From assembly GCF_036365525.1 (NCBI RefSeq), contig NC_090398.1, positions 19,708,936 to 19,772,935 on the forward strand: a stretch of 64,000 bases of DNA, read 5' to 3'. This document shows positions 24,730 through 36,462 of the stretch, in pieces. The notes below the pieces were generated by a model. That model worked only from the letters and a program-made list of their open reading frames with translations. It did no database searches and had not been told where the DNA came from. Each line of letters opens with the position of its first letter. Positions within the stretch are counted from its first letter, which is position 1. Origin of the DNA: Heterodontus francisci (Eukaryota). The position numbers were made by a program, and so were the translations under genes.

Positions 24730-27515
24730 CTAGTCTAATGATGGCCATGACACCATCGTCGATTGTTGTAAAAATCAATCTGGTTCACTAATTCCCTTTA
24801 GGGAAGGAAATCTGCTGTCCTTACCTGATCTGACCTACATGTGACTCCAGACCCTCAGCAAGGGGGTTGTCTCTTAAATGCCATTCCAGATGGCTTACCA
24901 AGCCACTCCATTGTATCTAACTGCTACGACATCAATAAAGAATGAAACCGGATGGACCAGCCGGCATCGACCTAGGCACCAGAAACAACAATAGCAAACC
25001 CAGCCCTGTCGATCTTGCAAAGTCCTCCTTACTAACATTTGATGTCTTGTGCCAAAATTGGCAGATCTGTCCCACAAACTAGTCAAGCAACAGCTGACAT
25101 ATCTATATTCATTGAACCATACATTACAGACAATGTCCCAGACACCGCTATCAACATCCCTGGATATGTCCTGTCCTAGCAGGACAGACCCAGCAGAGAT
25201 GGTGGCACAGTGGTATACAGTCGGGATGGAGTTGCCCTGGGAGTCATCAACATTGACTCTGGACCCCATGAAATCAGGTCAAACATGGACAAGGAAACCT
25301 CCTGCTGATTACCACCTACCGCCCTCCCTCAGCTGATGAGTCAGTACTCCTCCATGTTGAACACCACTTGGAGGAAGCACAGAGGGTGGCAAACGTGCAG
25401 AATGTATTCTGGGTGGGGGATTTCAAAGTCCATCACCAAGAGTGGCTCGGTAGCACCACTACTGACCGAGCTGGCCAAGTCCTAAAGGACATAGCTGCGA
25501 GACTGGGTATGCAGCAGCTGGTGCGGGAACCAACAAGAGCGAAAAACATACTTGACTTCATCCTCACCAATCTGCCTGCCGCAGATGCACCTGTCCATGA
25601 GAGTATTGGTAGGATTGACCACCGCACAGTCCTTGTGGAGACGAAATCCCGCCTTCACATTAAGCATACCCTCCATCGTGTTGTGTGGCACTACCACCAT
25701 GGTAAATTGAATAGATTTCGAACAGATCTAACAATGCAAAACTGGGCATCCATGAGGCATTGTGGGCCATCAGCAGCAGCAGAATTGTACTCAAGCACAA
25801 CCTCATGGCCCAGCATAACCTCCACTCTACCATTATCATCAAGCCAGGGGACCAACACTGGTTCAATAAAGAGTGCAGGAGGGCATGCCAGGAGCAACGC
25901 CAGACATACCTCAAAATGATGTGTTAACCTGGTGAAGCTACAACCCAGAACTAATTGCGTGTCAGACAGCATAAGCAGCATGCGACAGACAGAGCTAAGC
26001 GATCCCATAACCAACGGATCAGATCTAAGATCTGTAGTCCTTCCACATCCAGCCGTGAATAATAGTGGACAATTAAACAATTAACTGGAGGAGGTGGCTC
26101 CACAAATATCCCCATCCTCAATGATGGGGTGGCCAACACATCAGTGAAAAAGATAAGGCTGAAGTATTTGCAACAATCATCAGCCAGAAGTGCTGAGTTG
26201 TTGATCCATCTCGGCCTTCTCCTGAAGTCCCCAGCATGACAGATGCCGGAATTCAGCCAATTCGATTCACTCCACGTGAAATCAAGAAACGACTGAAGGC
26301 ACTGGATACTGCAAAGGCTATGGGCCCTGACAGTATTCCGGCAATAGTGCTGAAAACCTGCGCTCCACAACTTGCTATGCCCCTAGGCAAGCTGTTCCAG
26401 CACAGCTACAACACTGGCATCTACCCTGCAACATGGTAAATTGCCCAGGTATGTCCTGTGAATAAGAAGCAGGACAAATCCAACCTGGCCAATTAACGCC
26501 CAATTAGTCTGCTCTCGAACATCAGTAAAGTGATGGAAGGTGTCAGTGACAGTGCTATCAAGCGGCATTTGCATAGTAGTAACCTGCTCGGTGACTCAGT
26601 TTGGATTCCACCAGGGCCACACAGCTTCAGACCTCATTACAGCCCTGATTGAAACATCGACTGAAGAGCTGAACTCAAGAGGTGAGGTAAAAGTAACTGT
26701 CCTTGACATCAAGGCAGCATTCGAGTGTGCTTGGCATCAAGGAGCACTAGCAAAACTGGCGTCCATGGGAATCGGGAGAAGACTGTCCGTTGGTTGGAGT
26801 CATACCGAGTGCAAAGGAAGATGGTTGTGGTTGTTGGAGGTCAATCGTCTCAGCTTCAGGACATCACTGCATGAGTTCCTCAGGGTAGTGTCCCAAGCCC
26901 GACATCTTCAGCTGCTTCATCAATGACCTTCCTTCAATCATTAGGTCAGAAGTGGGGATGTTCACTGATGATTGCACAATATTAAGCATCATTCGTGACT
27001 CCTCAGATACTGAACCAGTCCGTGTCGAAATGCAGCAAGACCTGGACAATATCCAGGCTTAGGCTGATAAGTGGCAAGTAACATTCGTGCCACGCAAGTG
27101 CCAGGTAATGATAATCTCCAACAAGAGAGAATCTGACCATCACCCCTTGACATTCAATGGCATTATGATCGCTGTAACCCCCACTATCAACATCCTAAGG
27201 GTTACCATTGACCAGAAACTGAACTGGAGTCGCCATATAATTACGTGGCTACAAAAGCAGGTCAGAGGCGAGGAAGCCTGAGGTGAGTAACTCACCTCCT
27301 GACTGCCCAAAGCCTGTCCACCATCTACAAGGCAAAAGTCAGGAGTGCGATGGAATACTCTCCACTTGTCTGGATGAGTGCAGCTCCAACAACACTCAAG
27401 AAGCTTGACACCATCCAGAAAAGAGCAGCCCGCTTGATTGCCACCACATCCATAATCATTCACTCCCTCCACCACCGATGTACAGTGGCATCAGTTTGCA
27501 CCATCTACAAAATGG
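24730..27515 (+). mobile_element. Near full-length degenerate LINE (APE endonuclease + RT) with a Deu-domain-like 5' region; 3' end truncated
   Basis: Peptides WVGDFKVHH, PTRAKNILDFILTN, KAMGPDSIP, QFGFHQGH, LDIKAAF and MFTDDCT with many stops and frameshifts. The 5' sequence matches the SINE body at ~49630-49800. Confidence 0.85.
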
Positions 27516-27517
27516 AT

Positions 27518-27875
27518 GGGAGGATGGACCAAGTGAGATCAGATAGTGTGCAACCCGGGGAGGATGGACCCAGTGTGATCAGACAGTGTGTACCCCGGGG
27601 AGGATGGGCCCAGTGTGATCAGACAGTGTGTAACCCGGGGAGGATGGACCCAGTGAGATCAGATAGTGTGCAACCCGGGGAGAATTGACCCAGTGTGATC
27701 AGACAGGGTGTAACCCGGGGAGGATGGACCTGGTGAGATCAGATAATGTGCAACCCGGGGAGGATGGGCCCAGTGTGATCAGACAGTGTGTACGCAGGGG
27801 AGGATGGGCCCAGTGTGATCAGACAGTATGTAACCCGGGGAGGATGGACCCGGTGGGTTCAGACAGTATGTACTG
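27518..27875 (+). repeat. 40-bp minisatellite (~9 units; GGAGGATGGACCCAGTGTGATCAGACAGTGTGTAACCCGG)
   Basis: Visible tandem units. Confidence 0.95.
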
Positions 27876-27989
27876 GAGAGAATAGACCAGGGCCCTGCCC
27901 TGGCTCTCGTTGGCTTGCTGAAATCCTCATCAGTGACTTTGTCTTCTTGGGACTTGGCACACGACCTTCCATCTTCCAGCCCCTCTTCA

Positions 27990-28400
27990 TTTCCGCGAAA
28001 ATGTAGCTGTCCTTATCCTAACTTACAACAATTCCTGTTCACCCATCCTGTCTGTGCTTTCTGACCTACATTGCATCCTGTTCCGACACAACCTCGATTT
28101 TCCAAATGTTCCCTATCTCTCATCTCCAGCGCTACAATGTGTTGAAACGTCTGTGCCCTGCAATTCTGGGCTCTTGCGCACCCTCCATTTCTTGCATTTG
28201 CCATTTGTTGCTTGCCTTCAGCTGCCTGGGCCCTAAACTTCAGAATTCACTCCATAAAACACTATGCTTCGCTACCTTTCTCTCATCCTTTACGACACTA
28301 CTTAAAATATACTTGTTTCACCAAGCTTTTGGTCACCTGTTCAATGATCTGCTTAGGTGTCTTCGTTACAAATTTGGTTTGCTAACACTCCTGTGCACAG
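27990..28400 (+). mobile_element. L2-type LINE 3' fragment
   Basis: cctgttcacccatc...ctgacctacattg...gccttcagctgcctgggccctaa...ttttggtcacctg, similar to 8850-9230. Confidence 0.6.
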
Positions 28401-29110
28401 AAAAAGCATCTACTGCCGTTGGCTGACTTGCAAAACATGTATGGGATAACACCAAGCCGGCCCTTAGGACCAAGTTGATGGTTTCGTGGGCATGTATTCT
28501 CAGCACTTTACTGCATGGCTATGAAACATGGGAAACTTATAGCAAACAGGAAAATCTCAATAATTTCCATCTTCGTTGTTTGCAGAGCATTATGGTTATA
28601 CCGTGGCAGGACAAAATCACAAATGTGGCAGTCCTCTCAAAGGGAGAGCTCCCAAGTGTGTTGGTATTAATCAAACAGAGGTGGCTCTGGTGGCTCGGAC
28701 ACATCCGCAGGATGGAAGATGGTCACATACCAAAGGACCTCCAGTATGGTGAGGTGGCCAGGGCAAGATGACAAGCTGTGCTTCATGGATGTTTGCACAT
28801 GTGACATTAAGGCCCTACATGTTGACTATCGCACCTGGAAATCACTAGCTGGCGAAAGAGGGAAATGGCGACACATCCTGTGGATTGGTGTGCACTACCA
28901 TGACAACCAGTTGCTAAAGCAGTTTGGCAACGGGTGCCAACGCTGAAAACAACAGCTCACAGCGTCACTTGGCAGCTTCACATGCAGCACTTTTGGCAGA
29001 ATCTTAGGAATTCAGAGCCTTCAACAAAGGTGCACCAAGAAACGACACTCCACCTAAATGGATTGTGTTGCTGCAGGTCATCCCCTTTTATAGATGGAAG
29101 GATGTCAACC
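28400..29110 (+). mobile_element. RTE-clade LINE C-terminal fragment
   Basis: LSTLLHGYETW...FHLRCLQSIM..WQDKITN..VL...RWLWWLGHIRRMEDGHIPKDLQYGE is a typical RTE/BovB-like C-terminus. Confidence 0.85.
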
Positions 29111-30050
29111 AACCATTAATGACCTCGACGAGTGTACAGGGCAGAATTTCAAAATTTGCAGATGACACAAAACTTGAAAGTATTGTGCATCTGAAGATGG
29201 TCATGATAAACTTCAAGAGAAAATAGACAAGCTGGTGAAACGGGCAGACAGGTGGCAGATAAAATTTAATGCAGAAAAGTATGAAGTGGTTCATTTTGGC
29301 AAGAAGAATGAGGGCGGGCATTATCAATTAAAGGGTAGAATTCTAAAGGGGGTGCAGGAGCAGAGGGACCTGGGGTATATGTGCACAAATCATTGAAGGT
29401 GACAGATCAGGTTGAGAAAGCAGTTAATAAAGCATATGGGATGCTGGGCTTTATGAATAGGGGCATCAAAGGAAATTTTATAAAACTGTATAAAGCACTT
29501 GTTTGCCCTCAACTGGAGTATTGTGTCCAGGTCTGGGCACCACCCTTTTGGAAGGTGTTTTGGCATGAGAGAGGATGCAGAAAAGATTCACCAGAATGGT
29601 TCTAGGGATGAGGAACTTCAGTTACATGGATAGATTGGAGAAGCTGGGTCTGTTCTACTTGGAGAAGATTATGGGAAGATTTGATAGAGGTGTTCAAAAT
29701 CATGAGGAGGCTGGAATTAGTAAATAGGGAGAAACTGCTACCATTGGCTGAAGGATCCAGAACCAGAGGACACCGATTTCAGGTGATTGGCAAAAGAAAC
29801 AACAGTGACTTGAGGAAAATCTTTTTTACGCAGCGAGTGGTTAAAATCTGGAATACCGTGCTTGAGAGTGTGGTGGTGGCAGATTCAATCAAGGCCTTGA
29901 AAAGAGAACAGGATAATTCTCTGAAGAGAAAAGAATTGCAGTGCTACAGGAAAGGTCAGGGGAGTGGAACTAGGTGATTTCCTCTTGCAATGAGCTGGCA
30001 TGGACATGACAGGCTGAATGGCCTCCTTCTGTGCTGTAACCATTCTGTGG
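29110..30050 (+). mobile_element. CR1 LINE 3' portion
   Basis: SKFADDTKL, YKALVCPQLEYCVQ and FFTQRVVKIWN peptides; CR1 3' end. Confidence 0.9.
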
Positions 30051-30059
30051 CTGACATAC

Positions 30060-31255
30060 AAAATCCATCTCGCTCTCACACACACACACACACGCACACA
30101 CACACTCAGCACCAGGCACTGACAGATACAGAATGAAACCCACATTCATACGCAGTCCCAGCAACAATGAACCCCTTACTCACACACAAAGAGTACAAAA
30201 GACCTATAGATACAGAATGAAACACACAATCACACATAGTACCAGAGCCTGACAGATACAGCATGGATCTCACACTCAACCACAGCAGCAGAAGCTAACA
30301 GATACATAATGAATCCACAATCAGACAGTGCCAGATACAAAAAGAATCCCAAACTCATGTACCGTAACCAGAGACTGACAGATCCAGAATGAATCCCACA
30401 CTCACACAATACCAGAGCCCAATAGATACAGGATGAATCCTACACTCTCACCGAGTACCAGAGACTAACATACAGAATTACTCATACTAACAGAGACTGC
30501 CAGATACAGAATGAATACCACATTCACACACAGTGTCAGAGACTGACAGATACAAAATGAATCCAACACACACAGCCACAAACACAGAAAAGTATAAAAG
30601 ACCAATAGACAAAGGAATCCAACACTCTCACACAGTTCCAGAGGCCCACCTATACAGAATGAATTACAGATGTGTAAACAGACCCAGAGACTGTCAGGTA
30701 CAGAAATAATTCTGCATTGACATATACCACCAGAGACTGAGAGACATGGAATGAATCCAACACTCACACAGTTCCGGACACTGACAGATATAGAATGAAA
30801 CACACATTGGCACACAGCACCAGAGATTCACAAGCACAGAAACAATTCTACACTCACACAAACGACCAGAGACTGACATACACAGAATGAATTCCACTCT
30901 TACACATCGTACCAGAGACTGACAAATACAGAATGAATACCCACTCAAACACATTATCAGAGAATGATAATAACACAAAAGCGATCAGATTCACACACAG
31001 TACCAGAGGCTGACACATACAAAATGAATTCCACTCTCACACACAGTACCAGAGACTGACCGATACAGAAAACTACCATAGTCACATACAGGCCCAGAGA
31101 TTGATAATGAAAGAATTAATCTCACACACAGTATCAAAGATTGATAGATGCAGAATGAATCCCACACACACACTGCACCAAAGATGACAGACACAGTATA
31201 TGGATGACACTAACGTACTATACCAGAGGTTTGAGAGAAACAAAATCATCATACA
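30060..31255. repeat. Degenerate ~45-bp CA/GA-rich minisatellite (CACACAGTACCAGAGACTGACAGATACAGAATGAATCC...)
   Basis: Visible tandem motif, preceded by (CA)n. Confidence 0.85.
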
Positions 31256-31258
31256 CAC

Positions 31259-31423
31259 GGTGTGATCTCACTGGGTCCACCCTCCCCGGATTACACACTG
31301 TCCGATCTCACTGGGTCCATCCTCCCCGGGTTACACACTGTCTGATCACACTGGGTCCATCCTCCCCAGATTACACACTGTCCAATCTCACTGGGTCCAT
31401 CCTCTCCTGGTTACACACTGTCT
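31259..31423 (-). repeat. Same 40-bp minisatellite as 27518-27875, inverted (~4 units)
   Basis: gatctcactgggtccatcctccccgggttacacactgtct is the reverse complement of the 27.5-kb unit. Confidence 0.95.
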
Positions 31424-32980
31424 AACATCAGTGGTTGGGAAATCTAACATCAGTGGTTGGGAAACTATCGGAAAAATTTCTGAGGGACAAGATTAATCTC
31501 CACTTGGAGAGGTAGGGATTAATCAGGGATAGTGAGCATGGCTTTGTCAGGGGCAGATCCTGTCTAACTAACTTGACTGAATTTTTCAAGGCAGTGACTC
31601 GATGTAGAAATGAGGGTAAAGCAGTTGATGTAGTCTACATGGACTTCAGTAAGGCTTTTGATAAAGTCCCGCATGGGAGATTGGTTAAGAAGGTAAGAGC
31701 TCATGGGATCCAGGCAAAGTAGGCAAATTGGATCCAAAATTAGCTTAGTGGCAGGAGGCAGAGGGTAATGGTCGAGGGTTGTTTTTGCGAGTGGAAGCCT
31801 GTGACCAGTGGTGTACCGCAGGGATTGGTGCTGGGACCCTTGCTGTTTGTAATGCATTTTAATGATTTAGATCTGAATATAGGAGGTAAGATTAGTAAGT
31901 TCGCAGATGACAAGAAAATTGGAGGTGTTGTAAATAGTGAGGAGGAAAGCCTTAGATACAGGACGACATTGATGGGCTGGTAAGATGGGCGGAGCAGTGG
32001 CAAATGGAATTTAATCCCGAGAAGTGTGAGGTGATGCATTTTGGGAAGACTAACAAGGCAAGGGAATATACGATGGAAGGTAGGACCCTAGGAAGTACAG
32101 AGTGTCAGAGGATCTTGGTGTACTTGTCCATAGATCACTGAAGGCAGCAGCACTGGTAGATAAGGTGGTTAGGAAGGCATATGGTATCCTTGCCTTTATT
32201 AGCTGAGGCATAGAACATAAGATTATGAGGTTACCATGAAGCTATATAAAATTCTAGTTAGGCCACAGCTGAAATACTGTGTACAGTTCTGGGCATCACG
32301 TGATAGGAAGGATGTGATTGAACTGGAGAGGATGCAGAGGAGATTCACCAGGATGTTGCCTGGGCTGGAATATTTCAGCTATGAAGAGAGACTGAAAAGG
32401 CTAGGGTTGTTTTCCCTAGAGCAGAGAAGGCTGAGGGGGGACCTGATTGAGGTGTAGAAAATTATGAGGGGCATTGATAGGTTAGATAGGACGAAACGTT
32501 TTCGCTTAGCGGAGGGGTCACTAACCAGGGGGCACAGATTTAAGGTAAAGGGCAGGAGGTTTGGGGAGATTTGAGGAAAAAAAATTTCACCCAGAGGGTG
32601 GTTGGAATCTGGACCGCACTGCCTGAAGTGGTGGTTGAGGCAGGAACCCTCACAACATTTAAGAAGTATTTAGATGAGCACTTGAAACGCCATAGCAGAC
32701 AAGACTACGGGCCATGTGCTGGAAAATGGGATTAGAATAGATTGGTGCTTGATGGCCAGCATGGACATGATGGGCCGAAGGACCTGTTTCTGTGTTGTAT
32801 AACTCGATGACTCTATCAATGTTGAACTACTTAGAGATAAAAGGCAGATAATTATCTGAAGAGAATAACAATTTCGGCCCACAGGGAAAAGGCCGGATGG
32901 TGGGACGAGGTGAGTTGCTCTTGCAGAGAACAAGCACGATCAGGACGGGCCGAATGGCCTCTGCTGTAACCATTCTATGA
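31421..32980 (+). mobile_element. CR1 LINE RT and 3' end, plus a second CR1 3' end (~32830-32980)
   Basis: DVVYMDFSKAFDKVPH, SGVPQGLVLGPLLF, SKFADDKKIGG and [11 protein letters not shown] peptides. Confidence 0.9.
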
Positions 32981-33095
32981 TTCAGATGAAAGGTCACAGA
33001 CCTGAAAGGTGAACTCTGTTTCCCTCTCCACAGATGCTGACAGACCTGCTGTGTATTTCCAGCACTTCCTGTTTTTATTTCAGATTTCAAGTATT
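32981..33095 (+). mobile_element. Penelope-like pLTR remnant with degenerate hammerhead motif
   Basis: cagatgaaaggtcacagacctgaaa...ccacagatgctgacagacctgctg...cagcacttcctgtttttatttcagatttc; same family as 49812-49996 and 54535-54680. Confidence 0.7.
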
Positions 33096-33344
33096 TTCCT
33101 TTTTATTTTTATGATTTCATTTTCCCAAAACAGAAATTTAACGGAAACTGCGCGCGATCCGGGCTGTGGGGAGGGGGCGGGGCGCTGGAGCGGAGCATGC
33201 GCAATGCCGCCACCAAGTCCTGCATAAATTAATGCAAAGTGATTCCTGACAACGCTGGTTAGCGCTGACGTCATCAGGCTGCGCCGCGGTGCACACATGC
33301 GCAGACGGGCTCCTGCTCAGGTGCATGTGCCACAGCAGTGCCAA

Positions 33345-33790
33345 CTCGCGGTAGTGTTGTCAGCAAGTGCAGCCCAATGGATTATGGTCAGTGCAGATCA
33401 ATGTTTTTTGTAATCATGGTGGACATATAGTTTAACAAGTTTAACAGCTAGCCATAAGCCTTACATTCTTTTTCCTCAGTGGAATACTTTTTGGTGGTGC
33501 TTCAATTCTTTTGAAAAATTGCCCTGCTGGCTGTTCTATGCCTGATTCGTCATCTTGTAATAGGACTGCACCGACCCACAGGTCATTAGCATCAATCACT
33601 ACCTTGAAGGGCTTTGTAAAATTTGAAGCAGCCAACACTGGTTCAGTTTTCAAAACTGCCTTTAGCTTTTCAAAAGATGCCTGGCATTCCCCTGATCTCG
33701 CTACCTTGGTTTTCTTTTTCTGTAGCAAATCAGTTAGTGGAGCAGCTACGTCACAGTCTGCGACTTTGGACAGCTTCCAGGACTAAAGAT
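33345..33790 (-). mobile_element. Gypsy/Ty3 LTR retrotransposon pol fragment (RT connection-RNase H)
   Basis: ECQASFEKLKAVLKTEPVLAASNFTKPFKVVIDANDLWVGAVLLQDDESGIEQP matches the Gypsy RT-RNaseH pattern (F..LK..L...PVL..PDF.KPF.L..DAS..G.GAVL.Q). Confidence 0.85.
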
Positions 33791-35674
33791 GGCACTGCTC
33801 AAATAATCACATGGAGGCAACCGAAAAAACACATGTCAGCACACAATGGCGGAGTGAGAGAGTGAGGGAGCGGGCCAGAGCACGGGCTGGGGCCAGAGAG
33901 CAGGCCGGGGCCGGGGAGCGGGGGGGCGCGGAGCGGGCCTGGGTAGGAGTGGAGCGGCTGGCGAGTGGGCGAGTGAATGGCGTGGTGACAGAGGGGAGCA
34001 GAGCGGGCCTGTGTGGAGCGGATGGGCCAGTGACGGAGGGGAGTGGAGCGGCCAGAGTCAGCAGCGTGAGGTGAGGTGGGGGGGGGGGGCGGGGGAGGGG
34101 GAGTGCGTTTTTCTGCGCATGCACCATAAATTTGCAATGGCAAAAGACGTACTTACCCGCACCAGGCGACACCAAGGTCTTCAGCCGCTCGCTCCCCGTG
34201 GCTCTCTACGGCCTCTCGCTTCCTGCCCTCTCCATACAGCTATTCCCTCCAGCTGCAGATCCCCCATCCAGCCGCTTTCTCCCTTACTTCTCAACTGTAC
34301 TTCAGGCATTGCAGCTGTTTGGTCCCTGCCTTTTGCATCCCCCTCTTCAGGAACTTCTGAATTTAACTCCCTCCCACTACAGCCCCACACCCGCTCTCCT
34401 CCCCACCCCCCTCTCTACCTCTCCCACCTCCCCCTCTTCTCCCCTCTTCCCCCACCACCCCCCTCTCTACCTCTCCCACCTCTCCCTCTGCTCCCCTCTT
34501 CCCCCACCACCCCCTCTCCTCCTCTCACAACCCCACCTCCCCCAAGGACCACAACGCAGTTGGATATCTGAAGTGTAGTTGCAAAGTCGGGAAAATAACA
34601 TCAAAAACCTCAACAATTCCAGGTTTAATTATTGAGAAATGTTATTCAGTTCATTAAACATTCGAGGCACTGCTGTGCATGGATGCATGAGTGTTGTGTC
34701 GCCAGCATTCCCATAAGACAGACAGGCCGAGTCTCTGCTATGCAGAACTAAAGAGATTGTTCCTGCAGAGTCTTGTGGTGAATGAACGCTTGGCTCTCTA
34801 TTCCACTACTGTATGGTCCTTGTGAAGAAGGCAAAGTCAGAAGAGTCTGAGCTCAGTCTATTCTTGGTGAATGTTCCCCAAACGCATCCCAATGTGCATT
34901 CCCAATTCATCCATAAATGCAAGGTTCCTTTCCACATCGTGACAATTTCCACAGCATGATCCAGTTGCCTTCATTGCTCGAATGCATGTTTTACATGAAA
35001 AAAATAAGCAATGAACATCAGTGTCAGAGCTTCCCTCCCTATAATGAAATTACCGTTCAGCATGCTTTATGTCCTGCAGTAAAGGCATGTACTGATAACA
35101 CCACCAATGATTCACTTTGTGCCCACCTCAGCTGTAGGAGTCAGGATGATGTTACTGCCCCGATCTAGTGATAGTTCAATGCTGCTCTCAGGGAAAACAT
35201 GAATGATGTGAGGGTGCTGGAAAAAGAAGCACATTTCTTTTGGACTATGAACATAAAGCAGGCCATTCAGCCCACCTGTTCCCTGCTAGTGGTTATGCTA
35301 CTCCTGTGCGTTCCCATCCACTTCCATTTAATCCTGCCTACTACTATCAGCATCACTTTCCATTTCTTTCGTTCTTATCGACCTTTGCCTTAAAGCAACA
35401 TTGAGGATGGAGAACGGTGTGGCTGCCCTCCCACTTCGCCAGTTGTTTACACCGCAAGAGCATTCACATTTGTGCTACCACTGGACATGGCATGCTTGTT
35501 TCTTTTAGTGCTCAGACTCTTCTTACTGACTGTTCCCCAAGTGCTTGACCGCTTTGGATGCCCTCTCTGCTTGACAGGCAGCAGCTGGCAATTGCGAAGT
35601 CTCACAAGGCTCTGCATGGTTGTTTCACGGGCGGATGGGGAAACATGTGGCTGTGTGTCCATGTCTTCTTTCTT

Positions 35675-35806
35675 CTTTTTCTTTTGGGCCTCCTTATCTC
35701 GAGAGACAATGGATACGCGCCTGGAGGTGGTCAGTGGTTTGTGAAGCAGCGCCTGGAGTGGCTATAAAGGCCAATTCTGGAGTGACAGGCTCTTCCACAG
35801 GGTGCA
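35675..35806 (-). mobile_element. Probable RTE-type LINE 3' end
   Basis: The minus strand ends in an (AAAG)-rich tail after ...TCTCTCGAGATAAGGAGGCCC; recognised from memory as a common shark RTE 3' terminus, not database-verified. Confidence 0.45.
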
Positions 35807-35811
35807 GGAAC

Positions 35812-36072
35812 AGAGCAACTTACAACAGGGACTGGAGCACATGTACTGCCTGCACAAAGCCCCAGACAATGGAAAGGATTTTAGTGCAGTGCAGTGGACT
35901 GGAGCAGATGCAGTGCCCCAGACAATGAAAATGTTTTCAGAGCAACTTACAACAGGGACTGGAGCACATGCAGTGCCCCAGACAATGGAAATGTTTTCAG
36001 AGCAACTTACAACAGGGACTGGAGCACATGCAGTGGCCCAGACAACGGAAATGTTTTCAGAACAAGTTACCT
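35812..36072 (+). repeat. 60-bp tandem repeat (~3.5 units; AGAGCAACTTACAACAGGGACTGGAGCACATGCAGTGCCCCAGACAATGGAAATGTTTTC)
   Basis: Visible near-perfect units at 35940, 36000 and 36060, with a degenerate unit at 35812. Confidence 0.9.
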
Positions 36073-36462
36073 TGGAGCAATCTCCTCTTTCTGACAAAAA
36101 TGAAGCAGACTGAAATCTTTAAAATGACTAAATAATTGCGAGAAAATGCCCGAGGAAACCTCTCCACCTTCCACTTTCAGAAACTCGCGCCGAAGCTTGA
36201 CGCATGCGTGAATATCTGAAGGTTGACGCATGCATGAGTTCCAGTTGGCGTTGCACAAAGCGCATGTGCAGAGGCCGACCAGGCGCATTGTCTGAAGATG
36301 AACACGTCACGTGGTGACGTAATCGGCGCATGCGGTAACCATTCCTGGCAAGCCGGAACGCAGCGCATGCGCAGAGAGCGGGAGACCGTCTGCACATGTG
36401 CGCACCTCGGCGCAGCCTGATGACGTCAGTGGCGGGACCAGCGTTGTCAGGAATCACTTTGC

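Noticed and set aside
33799-34578. Overlapping Pro/Gly-rich ORFs
   Set aside because: GC-rich low-complexity sequence open in many frames with no domain signature.
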